From Escherichia coli O127:H6 str. E2348/69 (GTDB taxonomy: Bacteria > Pseudomonadota > Gammaproteobacteria > Enterobacterales > Enterobacteriaceae), in NCBI RefSeq assembly GCF_000026545.1, contig NC_011601.1: a DNA stretch of 64,000 nt; one strand, 5' to 3'. The notes beneath the pieces were generated by a model. That model did not search any database, was not told the DNA's origin, and worked only from the letters and a program-made list of their open reading frames with translations. This document shows, piece by piece, positions 28,360-35,901 of the stretch (position 1 is its first letter; the number at the start of each line of letters is the position of its first letter). The position numbers and the translations under genes are program-made.

Positions 28360-28842
28360 TCACCGGGTCAGCGAATCGTACTGCTTTTCACAGACTCGTC
28401 CGGCTTCTGCGGCCCGGTCAGCGTACTCTGCCAGCTGTCGGTTTCGCTCGAGAGATTTGCTGAGCACGTCGGCAAGCAAAACTCCGGTATCTGCGGCTGA
28501 CGCCCCAGTGCCGACAGTGGAGTTATACTGCCTGAGCTGCTCACGGATGGCAACGAGCTGTTGCTGCAACCTGCCAGCGCGAGCGGCAGCATCAAGAGCA
28601 TCATTGCGCGCCTTGTCGATCCTCTGCTGCGCTTCACGTTCATTGGTAGCTTTCTCCTGTTCATCGTGATTACGGGCTTTATCATCAGCCTGTTTCTGGT
28701 CTTCCTGCGCCTGCGCATACCCGGCATAGTACTGGCGGTCACCGTGGACATTCCAGGCAGCCACGCCGCTGATGACAAGAGCAGCAAGCATCGACACTAT
28801 AAGCAACTGTTTCCAGTACGCTTTGATGAATGCCCAGATCAT
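28360..28842 (-). CDS. i-spanin (Rz-like)
   Basis: 160 aa with an N-terminal TM helix and a charged coiled-coil periplasmic domain. Last gene of the lysis cassette, with an embedded lipoprotein ORF. Confidence 0.85.
   Translation of the reverse strand: MIWAFIKAYWKQLLIVSMLAALVISGVAAWNVHGDRQYYAGYAQAQEDQKQADDKARNHDEQEKATNEREAQQRIDKARNDALDAAARAGRLQQQLVAIREQLRQYNSTVGTGASAADTGVLLADVLSKSLERNRQLAEYADRAAEAGRVCEKQYDSLTR
28368..28604 (-). CDS. o-spanin (Rz1-like), fully embedded in +1 frame of Rz
   Basis: Internal ATG of track ORF 28368..28787 gives [12 protein letters not shown]|CSNSS.. (lipobox). 78 aa, Pro/Ser-rich mature part. Confidence 0.7.
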   Translation of the reverse strand: MMLLMLPLALAGCSNSSLPSVSSSGSITPLSALGRQPQIPEFCLPTCSANLSSETDSWQSTLTGPQKPDESVKSSTIR

Positions 28843-29465
28843 AACAGTGCCTTACGGGCAGCGGCGTAACGTGCTCGCCGGTCGTCGATACCGTTCTGGC
28901 CACCGTTGATAATCTGCGTGACGCGCACCAGGTCTCCCGTGTACTTCATGCAGCCTTTACTGGCGAAAAACCACGCCGCGCTGCGGGCCGCGTATTCATC
29001 CTGCGACAGCAGTTCAGGCTGAGCGACCAGATCAACCTTCAGACCATTACCGCAATCCCGGTAGTTGTTCAGACCAGTGATCTGGATAAGTCCACGACCG
29101 CGATAATTCCATCCATCACCCGGGCCGTTGTTACCCATGCGCTTGCTGTACACCAGATTGGCGATCGCGCGCTGGCGCTCCAGAGGAAGAGACTTCTCAT
29201 ATGTTTTCCTGCCGAGTGCGTTGGCCTGGTCTGGAGTGATGCGCCCGGCACGGATAAACCCAGACAGCCCGTTAACGCTGTAGTTGAAGTTTTCCTGTAA
29301 CCTGGTAAATCCTCCGGACTCATGCCCGACCTGCGCGATAAACATCGCCTGGTCATCTGGCTTGGTAATGCCAAACTCATTCATAGCAGCAGTGATATGT
29401 TGGTACCAGCGTGCGGCCAGTTGCTCAGTGATACCGGCTGCACGCCGGAACTGGTTAATGTCCAT
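28839..29465 (-). CDS. Endolysin, glycoside hydrolase family 19 (chitinase-like) type
   Basis: 208 aa with [10 protein letters not shown] and [12 protein letters not shown] motifs characteristic of GH19 lysins. ATGA overlap with Rz. Confidence 0.85.
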   Translation of the reverse strand: MDINQFRRAAGITEQLAARWYQHITAAMNEFGITKPDDQAMFIAQVGHESGGFTRLQENFNYSVNGLSGFIRAGRITPDQANALGRKTYEKSLPLERQRAIANLVYSKRMGNNGPGDGWNYRGRGLIQITGLNNYRDCGNGLKVDLVAQPELLSQDEYAARSAAWFFASKGCMKYTGDLVRVTQIINGGQNGIDDRRARYAAARKALL

Positions 29466-29763
29466 GTTGAGACCTCGATATTTTGAATATCTGCACGACG
29501 TTACCGCGCGTCTTCAGGACGGCGGCAAGCATGACAGCATTGATGATGACCTCTGATAAATCAGCGGCCATTGGTGTGTGATACCAGATTGCATATGCGG
29601 CGCGGACGGGGATGCTGGCTGACGCCACGATAAGGAAGTAGGCTATCCACCCACCCCACCGGCGGTGTTGCGATCCATTACGCCGGAAGGTTCCGACGCG
29701 GATTGCTATCGCAGAACAGATAACCGCATTGGCGACGAGTAAAATCAGCTCATGAGTTGTCAT
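29455..29763 (-). CDS. Holin/antiholin-like membrane protein
   Basis: 102 aa with about 3 TM helices, directly upstream of the endolysin. Confidence 0.6.
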   Translation of the reverse strand: MTTHELILLVANAVICSAIAIRVGTFRRNGSQHRRWGGWIAYFLIVASASIPVRAAYAIWYHTPMAADLSEVIINAVMLAAVLKTRGNVVQIFKISRSQHGH

Positions 29764-30163
29764 CGTCTTTTCTCCCCGGGATTAAATCGCGTGGATTGTC
29801 GGAGCGGTGATAGAGCCAGATACCAATACGTACTGCGACGATTGCCGACACGAACGCGCCAGCAGAGAAGACGATCCCTTTCTCAAAAGAGTCCTGCGTG
29901 ATAGTTGGGATCAGGCTTGCTACGCCGATAAGAATTGAGGCAGTTGGTTTGTAGAATAGAAGCCCGCAGAGGAAGCTGAGCATCGACAGGAGAACCCGGC
30001 GGCGAATTGGATACTCAACGGCCGAGGTAATAAATATTACCGCGCCTGATAAAGCACCAAGCGCCACCTCTGGTGGAACTCCTGCGATCACTGCAGCCAG
30101 AGAACCCATACTAAGCCACTGATTTAAAGACTCACTGGTTAGCTGGGCTGACATGGTGACCAC
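29750..30163 (-). CDS. Holin-like membrane protein
   Basis: 137 aa with about 4 TM helices and a charged C-terminal tail. First gene of the lysis cassette. Confidence 0.6.
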   Translation of the reverse strand: MVTMSAQLTSESLNQWLSMGSLAAVIAGVPPEVALGALSGAVIFITSAVEYPIRRRVLLSMLSFLCGLLFYKPTASILIGVASLIPTITQDSFEKGIVFSAGAFVSAIVAVRIGIWLYHRSDNPRDLIPGRKDDDNS

Positions 30164-30214
30164 CGTTTACTGTGCATAAAGACCCCCATTAGTTGGTGAT
30201 CACATCATACACAA

Positions 30215-30232
30215 TAAACCATATATGGTTTA
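30215..30232. promoter_or_regulatory. 18-bp perfect palindrome TAAACCATATATGGTTTA upstream of the lysis cassette
   Basis: Lies 53 bp upstream of the holin ATG in the divergent holin/cargo intergenic region. Related copies at 60350 and 35309. Confidence 0.45.
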
Positions 30233-30350
30233 AATAAACTATGACACTCTTGGCGAGTTTCTACACATTATTTGTGGATAAATCTAACAAAATGAAAAAA
30301 ATGCACAGAAAAGTTATGATTACTACAAGATTGTTTTCGGGTAAATTGGC

Positions 30351-31358
30351 ATGAAAAAAACGATATCAATTTCTTTGTTTATCATCATAGCTTGCACGTT
30401 AGCAGGAACAGCGTCTGAGGATGTTGCAAAAGAAAAACAGTACGTTAGTGTTAATGTCCAGAAAGCAGACATAAAAATTCAGTACAAATATTCACTACTT
30501 GAAGACCGGGTAATTGAGCTTAATAGAACTGGTCTTAACAAAATATTTTCATTTTCAAGGCTTTACAAAAATTTTTCTTGGAAGTATACAGATTTTCCCA
30601 GTGGCAGACTGGATGGGTTAACGACAGTTCAAACATTCGACACGGACATCATTGGACCAATTATGGTCAGCGCAGAAAGTAATGAAGATGGTGATGATCC
30701 AATAGCTGAGTTCACAGGTGGCTGGCATGGGTTTAATGGGAACCAGAGTGGCTCTCCTACAGCCAGGCATGTTTCTCTTCAGGTATGGGTAGATGGGAAG
30801 ATGGTCAATGATACATTTAAGGGGTATACAAATGATTTAGTGATAGAAACCACGTCTAACATACAGGGCTTTAACACCAAAAAGAAAGATGGTTCTGGTA
30901 GAGAGATTATTCAACAGAAAGTAAAAATGAAATTTAATGAAGGACGTGCAGATGTGCATATCAAAATGGTTCCCCTTGAAAAGGTGAGGATACACACTTA
31001 CTACGGACTACAAACTGCACTTTCCCAACTGTATGCTAATAGTTCAATTCGTTATGAATCAGGTGACTCTCAAGAATGGAAAGACACCTCCAGCGGACCA
31101 AATGATAGTGGCCCTAAGGGTAAATATCCAAATGTTTACCGCATGACTGCAAAGAACAAACATAATGATGAAGTTGTGGTATGGTTAGACACTAAATACG
31201 GATTAGGGAAAAGATTAAATGTGAGTGATAAGTATCCTTCTGCTTTCTTTGTTGGATATAAAAGTTACTTCAATTTAATAAATGGTATTCCTTTAATTAT
31301 TTCTACAGGACAATCGGCGGAAGTTCACGGAGGCTTAGAGTGGATAAGATCAAATTAA
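30351..31358 (+). CDS. Cargo lipoprotein of unknown function (335 aa)
   Basis: MKKTISISLFIIIA|C signal/lipobox. Very AT-rich codons. Opposite strand to the phage structural genes. Confidence 0.6.
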   Translation: MKKTISISLFIIIACTLAGTASEDVAKEKQYVSVNVQKADIKIQYKYSLLEDRVIELNRTGLNKIFSFSRLYKNFSWKYTDFPSGRLDGLTTVQTFDTDIIGPIMVSAESNEDGDDPIAEFTGGWHGFNGNQSGSPTARHVSLQVWVDGKMVNDTFKGYTNDLVIETTSNIQGFNTKKKDGSGREIIQQKVKMKFNEGRADVHIKMVPLEKVRIHTYYGLQTALSQLYANSSIRYESGDSQEWKDTSSGPNDSGPKGKYPNVYRMTAKNKHNDEVVVWLDTKYGLGKRLNVSDKYPSAFFVGYKSYFNLINGIPLIISTGQSAEVHGGLEWIRSN

Positions 31359-31451
31359 ACTACAGTGCACTTAATGGAATATAGTTGAACTATTTATAGA
31401 CCAGCCATATCAATTAAATTTTAACAAACTGAGAATTAATAAGATTAAAAT

Positions 31452-32525
31452 ATGATATTGTCATTACAGTATTTAAGAGGGATAGCGGCGATACTGGTAG
31501 TTCTTTACCATTATCGCGGTGAGTTAAATGCATCATATGCACAAAAAGGACTTGGGGATCTTCTTTTTAGCAATGGGTATATAGGTGTAGATTTATTTTT
31601 TATGGTTAGCGGGTTTGTTATCATGCTATCAACAGAAAAAGATAAATCATCTTTATCGTTTGCCATTAAAAGAATCTTTAGGCTATATCCAGTATATATA
31701 GTTTGTCTTATTTTATGCACATATCTCCTATCAAAGCCAATAGATTTAAGCTTCTATAAGTCGTTGTTTTTTATACCATTATACATGAACTCACAAGCGC
31801 CATGGTTTGGGTATTCACTGATATATACTGCATGGACTTTAATGTATGAGATTATATTTTACTTTATTTTTTCATTTTCAATGATGGCATCATGGAGATA
31901 TCGCGGGTTAATTTGCTCGGCTGTTCTTGTGGCGCTACCTTTTTTAATCGGATATTATTATAATAATAGCATTTCATTAAGTGGATATGACGCTGTAATA
32001 GCGCATACAGGTATTTATTTTTTTGACAGCGCTATCCGATTGTTGTCTTCACCTATGTTTATTGAGTTTGCAGTTGGCATATTAATTTATGAAATATACA
32101 AGAGATCACGCAATAGATTTTTTCAGTTAGTATCAACAGGAATGGTAATAATTTCTTTGTCATTGTTTATTCTATATTACATTACTGGTGTAAATGGTGG
32201 GCATGGAATAAATTCAAGCGGTATGTTTGCAGCTTTATTACTATTATCTCTTACAGTTTATGAAAAAAACCATCCAATAAAACCAATTAAATCATTAAAC
32301 TTTTTAGGTGATATTTCATATTCTCTATACCTCCCCCATCCAATAATAATACAATCAATAACAACATTGTTTTTCGTTTCAAGCATATATTCCCCAAATG
32401 GTGGGTTTGGAAATGTTTATATAATGTTGATAATTGCGTTTGCTTTATCTTCCATCCTATTCTATACAGTAGAAAAGCCTTTTGTTAATCTAGGAAGAAA
32501 GATAATTAATAAGATTCGAAGATAG
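31452..32525 (+). CDS. Acyltransferase-3 (OafA/Oac-like) integral membrane O-acyltransferase, probable O-antigen acetylase
   Basis: 357 aa with about 10 TM helices. N-terminal LRGIAAILVVLYH motif typical of the AT3 family. Position next to the tailspike as in serotype-converting phages. Confidence 0.8.
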   Translation: MILSLQYLRGIAAILVVLYHYRGELNASYAQKGLGDLLFSNGYIGVDLFFMVSGFVIMLSTEKDKSSLSFAIKRIFRLYPVYIVCLILCTYLLSKPIDLSFYKSLFFIPLYMNSQAPWFGYSLIYTAWTLMYEIIFYFIFSFSMMASWRYRGLICSAVLVALPFLIGYYYNNSISLSGYDAVIAHTGIYFFDSAIRLLSSPMFIEFAVGILIYEIYKRSRNRFFQLVSTGMVIISLSLFILYYITGVNGGHGINSSGMFAALLLLSLTVYEKNHPIKPIKSLNFLGDISYSLYLPHPIIIQSITTLFFVSSIYSPNGGFGNVYIMLIIAFALSSILFYTVEKPFVNLGRKIINKIRR

Positions 32526-32532
32526 TTTAGCT

Positions 32533-32560
32533 GCGGGGTCAATGCCCCGCTTTTTTATTT
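32533..32560 (+). terminator. Intrinsic terminator of cargo operon (overlaps tailspike stop)
   Basis: GCGGGG-6nt-CCCCGC followed by TTTTTTATTTT. Confidence 0.85.
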
Positions 32561-35242
32561 TATCCTGTAATAAGTAGATCCTACACTAAGGAACTCATAT
32601 ATTCCTTGTGATGACAATGTAGTTATAAGTGTAGGTCCATTATAAATACCGATAGTCTGACCATTGAAATTTACTGATGAAAGATCTAGTAAAACCATGC
32701 TCCTAAGAAGCGTCCCATTCAATATAGTTAGCTCTGGAAGCATTAGAGTTTTACCAGGAGATAAAGTACCGCCAAATTTTATTATATTTCTAGAATCATC
32801 AGGCCATGGTGAAGCCGAGTTAATATCAGGTATTATTAAAATCTTACCTGAGTCACGATAGTCTGATGTAGAATAGAATGTTCCTTTACCTGAAGTATGT
32901 TCGTTATCATAAATGCCAGCAGGGGCATTTGTGAGAACAGGCTGATTAAATCTAGTACCTGCGAATCTTGCAATATCAGGTGCAGAAGTAGACATCGTTA
33001 GTGTTGGTTGCCCATTACCATTAAACCCAATTGCGTTTTCGCCAATACTTGATCTAGAAAATTCATTTACATCAAAGAAACCAATATCAGTGAATCCACC
33101 TTCGCTCACTGATTCATGGCTGTTTCCGGTAAATGAAAAATTAGTAAAACGAGATGAGCATTTAAAAGCCGGTCCTGATTCTGTAGTGTGGTGCCTACCA
33201 AACTTAACACCGGTGAATGTAATGTTATCACCATTTACACAATCCATAACATTGCTGATGTACCCAGAACCTGAGTTCCAACCAATAGAACCGCCTACCC
33301 ATGAAAAACCATCAAACTCCAGAATGTCAAATATTTTACCGCCTGTAAAAGCATAGTGTGTGCAGTTTGATAACATACATGACTTCATTCTTCGGCCACG
33401 AAAACCATACTTAGTACCAAACAGATGGATATTAACAAACTGTCCGCCTTCAATTCCTTGAATGCTGCCGCCACTCAAATCTGTACCGCCTACAAATTCT
33501 TTGGTCCCATCGACTATGATGTCATTCCACAATCCGTAATGACCCAGACCTGAACCTTCTCCGCCTCCATTTCCATCTTTGAATGAGAAAGTTCGATATG
33601 TTTGCAGAACCCATAAGTTGCTTATAGTAGGGTTCTCTATGACATCTAAACTGATGCATGCTGCTGTGCGCGGATAGGTGTCATCTGGTAACTGATGCGC
33701 TCTTGATGTAAATCTGACAACTTTTGTGACGTTCGATATCTCTGACGAAGGGGTTCCATTGCATCCAGTAACTCCGGTTAATGTACAACTCCCATCAGAG
33801 TTATTAACAAGTCCTGTAGCAAAGAAAGCCCCAGAGTTAGTGCTGAATTGACAGAAGTTACTTACTGGAACACCTGCGGTGTTGTTGTCAGTCAAAGGCC
33901 ATGTAATTATATTTCCACCATTAGCCTGAAATGGATTTGATACCAGAGTAATGGTGTTGGATGTTTTGCTTATCACATCTGTATTTTCTGATCCTACATA
34001 TTGTGATAACACCAGGCGGTCTAATGAATAGCAAACATTACCAAACACAATCCCCCTTGAGTTAAGTCCAAACCTTATCTCTGGGACATTCCCCAGAGAG
34101 TTTATTACACCTTCACCTCTTATTCCTATGGATACAGGGATTCCATCAATGGCAAATGGTATTGCAACCTCTGTGATTATGTTTACTTTTGAGTTAGCTG
34201 TAACAATCAACTCTCCGTAGCCAAGACGCACTAACGAGTAAATAGCAAGTTTAATTGCTGGTGAATCATTTGTGATGCCGGGTTTCTCAATGAAATTTTT
34301 TACTTCATTGATTCGGTAGCCATTCAGAAGTCCAACGCATGCCCATTTAGTTGTTTCGACATCCGGAAATTCACCAGACGAGATGGTGTGAGGTAATGCT
34401 CCAGTCCATACGTACCATAGCCCATCAGCATAAAGACAAGCATCATTCTTAGATGAAATGGTTAAACCTGAAGAAAATTCTGCCTTTTTGACAAAAATTG
34501 ATTGTTGGTAGTCGCTATAAACTGTGCCTCCATATGAGCTACCAATTTTTTTATCACCGTTATTTGCCAGCTCAATTAAAACATCTGAAGCAGAACCAGA
34601 TTCAGGTAAAACAGCAATAGGTTTACCGCCAGAATCAAAAGCAAGTATTTTATTTGATCTATCAGCATTTGATGGTATCTGGTCAACATAATCCTCAGGA
34701 ACTCTTAAGGTTCTTTTAAATAGAGAATCTGCATAAGAAATGTTACCTTCAGCAACTCCGTCAACGTAATTTTTTGTAGCTGCATCCTGTGGTCGTGACG
34801 GGTCACGAAGATTTCGTATGTAGTTACCCAAGGCATCATAATAATTTGCAATAAAAGATGGCTTACGTAAAGAAAGGCGCAGCCAACTAATTGCCTGCTG
34901 TATCAGCATGGTCAACTTATCAAAAGCATCCTCATGCACTTCTGCGAAAAACTTACCCTGATTTCTGAGATCAGTTTCCTGGGTAACCGGTAACTCTCTG
35001 GATATCGAAATCTGATAACCATTGGCAAGAGGCGACGATAAAACAACATTCCCGCCAGTATATCCGCCAGCCCCTGTCACCGTGTAATCAGTGTCCAGTG
35101 TTAAGTCAGTGATGTTTTCGCTCAGGTCAACAACCTGCACCACCAGATCAGACTTATGAAAAATTCGGAAGGTATAAGGGAATGATGTCGTGACCCCGTT
35201 ACCTGTGTAGTCATTGTGGTCAACTTCGGTTGAAACCGTCAT
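32555..35242 (-). CDS. Tailspike (conserved N-terminal particle-binding domain + divergent beta-helix-type receptor-binding/depolymerase body)
   Basis: Start set at ATG 35242 (MTVSTEVDHNDYTGNGVTTSFPYTF) behind GGAG. 895 aa. Gly/Asn/Ser/Thr-rich repetitive body. Last structural gene. Confidence 0.85.
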   Translation of the reverse strand: MTVSTEVDHNDYTGNGVTTSFPYTFRIFHKSDLVVQVVDLSENITDLTLDTDYTVTGAGGYTGGNVVLSSPLANGYQISISRELPVTQETDLRNQGKFFAEVHEDAFDKLTMLIQQAISWLRLSLRKPSFIANYYDALGNYIRNLRDPSRPQDAATKNYVDGVAEGNISYADSLFKRTLRVPEDYVDQIPSNADRSNKILAFDSGGKPIAVLPESGSASDVLIELANNGDKKIGSSYGGTVYSDYQQSIFVKKAEFSSGLTISSKNDACLYADGLWYVWTGALPHTISSGEFPDVETTKWACVGLLNGYRINEVKNFIEKPGITNDSPAIKLAIYSLVRLGYGELIVTANSKVNIITEVAIPFAIDGIPVSIGIRGEGVINSLGNVPEIRFGLNSRGIVFGNVCYSLDRLVLSQYVGSENTDVISKTSNTITLVSNPFQANGGNIITWPLTDNNTAGVPVSNFCQFSTNSGAFFATGLVNNSDGSCTLTGVTGCNGTPSSEISNVTKVVRFTSRAHQLPDDTYPRTAACISLDVIENPTISNLWVLQTYRTFSFKDGNGGGEGSGLGHYGLWNDIIVDGTKEFVGGTDLSGGSIQGIEGGQFVNIHLFGTKYGFRGRRMKSCMLSNCTHYAFTGGKIFDILEFDGFSWVGGSIGWNSGSGYISNVMDCVNGDNITFTGVKFGRHHTTESGPAFKCSSRFTNFSFTGNSHESVSEGGFTDIGFFDVNEFSRSSIGENAIGFNGNGQPTLTMSTSAPDIARFAGTRFNQPVLTNAPAGIYDNEHTSGKGTFYSTSDYRDSGKILIIPDINSASPWPDDSRNIIKFGGTLSPGKTLMLPELTILNGTLLRSMVLLDLSSVNFNGQTIGIYNGPTLITTLSSQGIYEFLSVGSTYYRIK

Positions 35243-35308
35243 GTCATTTTCTCCAGATTGCTTTTGCGCCCGGCGCGCATGCACTCTGGATCATTCTATT
35301 ACCCAATA

Positions 35309-35322
35309 AACCTTATATGAAT
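35309..35322. promoter_or_regulatory. Half-conserved copy of the AACC-TATAT-GG motif upstream of tailspike
   Basis: AACCTTATATGAAT lies 67 bp upstream of the tailspike ATG. Compare 30216 and 60350. Confidence 0.3.
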
Positions 35323-35347
35323 CGTTTAGGTATTAATCAGTTGCTTT

Positions 35348-35364
35348 ATTACCTTACAGGTAAT
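35348..35364. promoter_or_regulatory. Repressor operator, perfect ATTACC-TTACA-GGTAAT
   Basis: Exact match to the 17-bp palindrome that clusters at the cro/cI region. Confidence 0.7.
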
Positions 35365-35401
35365 TTACATTTCATGCTGGATAGTCCTGATATCTTCTGC
35401 T

Positions 35402-35421
35402 ACTGTATGTTTTATACAGTG
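35402..35421. promoter_or_regulatory. 7-5-7 palindrome ACTGTAT-GTTTT-ATACAGT (LexA-box-like but with 9-nt CTGT/ACAG spacing)
   Basis: TACTGTATGTTTTATACAGT directly upstream of the 86-aa rightward ORF. Confidence 0.4.
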
Positions 35422-35440
35422 ATTGCATGGAGAAGAAGAG

Positions 35441-35701
35441 ATGCAACGGCAGTATCACCATCCGCTGGAAGAAGGATTTGAGGAAAGAATACACACGCCG
35501 GTAGGCGTTAGATCCCTGGTGGAGGAATCGCACCTGATGAAGTTGCTGCGGGAACTCGATAAAGATGGCTTCAATGTTGATGGGCCACTTGCTGAACTGG
35601 TTGCTCTTGTGAACTACGTCACAAGTTCTCAAATGACCATGCAGGATCTGCAAACTCATCTCGATTACTGTGCGGAACAGTTACGTAAGCAAACCACTTA
35701 A
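35441..35701 (+). CDS. Acidic 86-aa protein of unknown function, opposite strand to structural genes
   Basis: ATG at 35441 behind GGAGAAGAAGAG. Flanked by an operator upstream and hairpin + GTGACATGTCAC downstream. Confidence 0.5.
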   Translation: MQRQYHHPLEEGFEERIHTPVGVRSLVEESHLMKLLRELDKDGFNVDGPLAELVALVNYVTSSQMTMQDLQTHLDYCAEQLRKQTT

Positions 35702-35702
35702 T

Positions 35703-35730
35703 GAAAAATAAAAGGCCGCTATTGCGGCCT
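35703..35730 (-). terminator. Intrinsic terminator ending the ejection-protein operon
   Basis: Minus strand reads AGGCCGC-AATA-GCGGCCT followed by TTTTATTTTTC. Confidence 0.75.
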
Positions 35731-35731
35731 A

Positions 35732-35743
35732 GTGACATGTCAC
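35732..35743. promoter_or_regulatory. Palindrome GTGACATGTCAC (copy 1 of 3)
   Basis: Perfect 12-bp palindrome. The 15-mer GTGACATGTCACACT is identical to the copy at 56018. Confidence 0.5.
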
Positions 35744-35750
35744 ACTCATG

Positions 35751-35891
35751 CTATGACAAACCTATGTACCCTGCTATACCAGATAATATTAAAACAACTG
35801 CGACGGCAAATTCCCCATCTTCAATGATACATTTACGGTTCATTACGACAAGCGCGACAAGTGCCAACACAACAAGAATTATAACAATCAT
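35751..35891 (-). CDS. 46-aa two-helix hydrophobic peptide (unannotated small ORF)
   Basis: MIVIILVVLALVALVVMNRKCIIEDGEFAVAVVLILSGIAGYIGLS. Starts 11 nt after the 824-aa gene stop and is followed by a terminator. Confidence 0.4.
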   Translation of the reverse strand: MIVIILVVLALVALVVMNRKCIIEDGEFAVAVVLILSGIAGYIGLS

Positions 35892-35901
35892 TTTCGCATC
35901 C

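Noticed and set aside
35402-35421. Canonical LexA (SOS) box upstream of the 86-aa ORF
   Set aside because: CTGT and ACAG are separated by 9 nt rather than the 8 nt of the E. coli consensus CTGT-N8-ACAG. I do not call it an SOS box, only a LexA-like palindrome worth testing.
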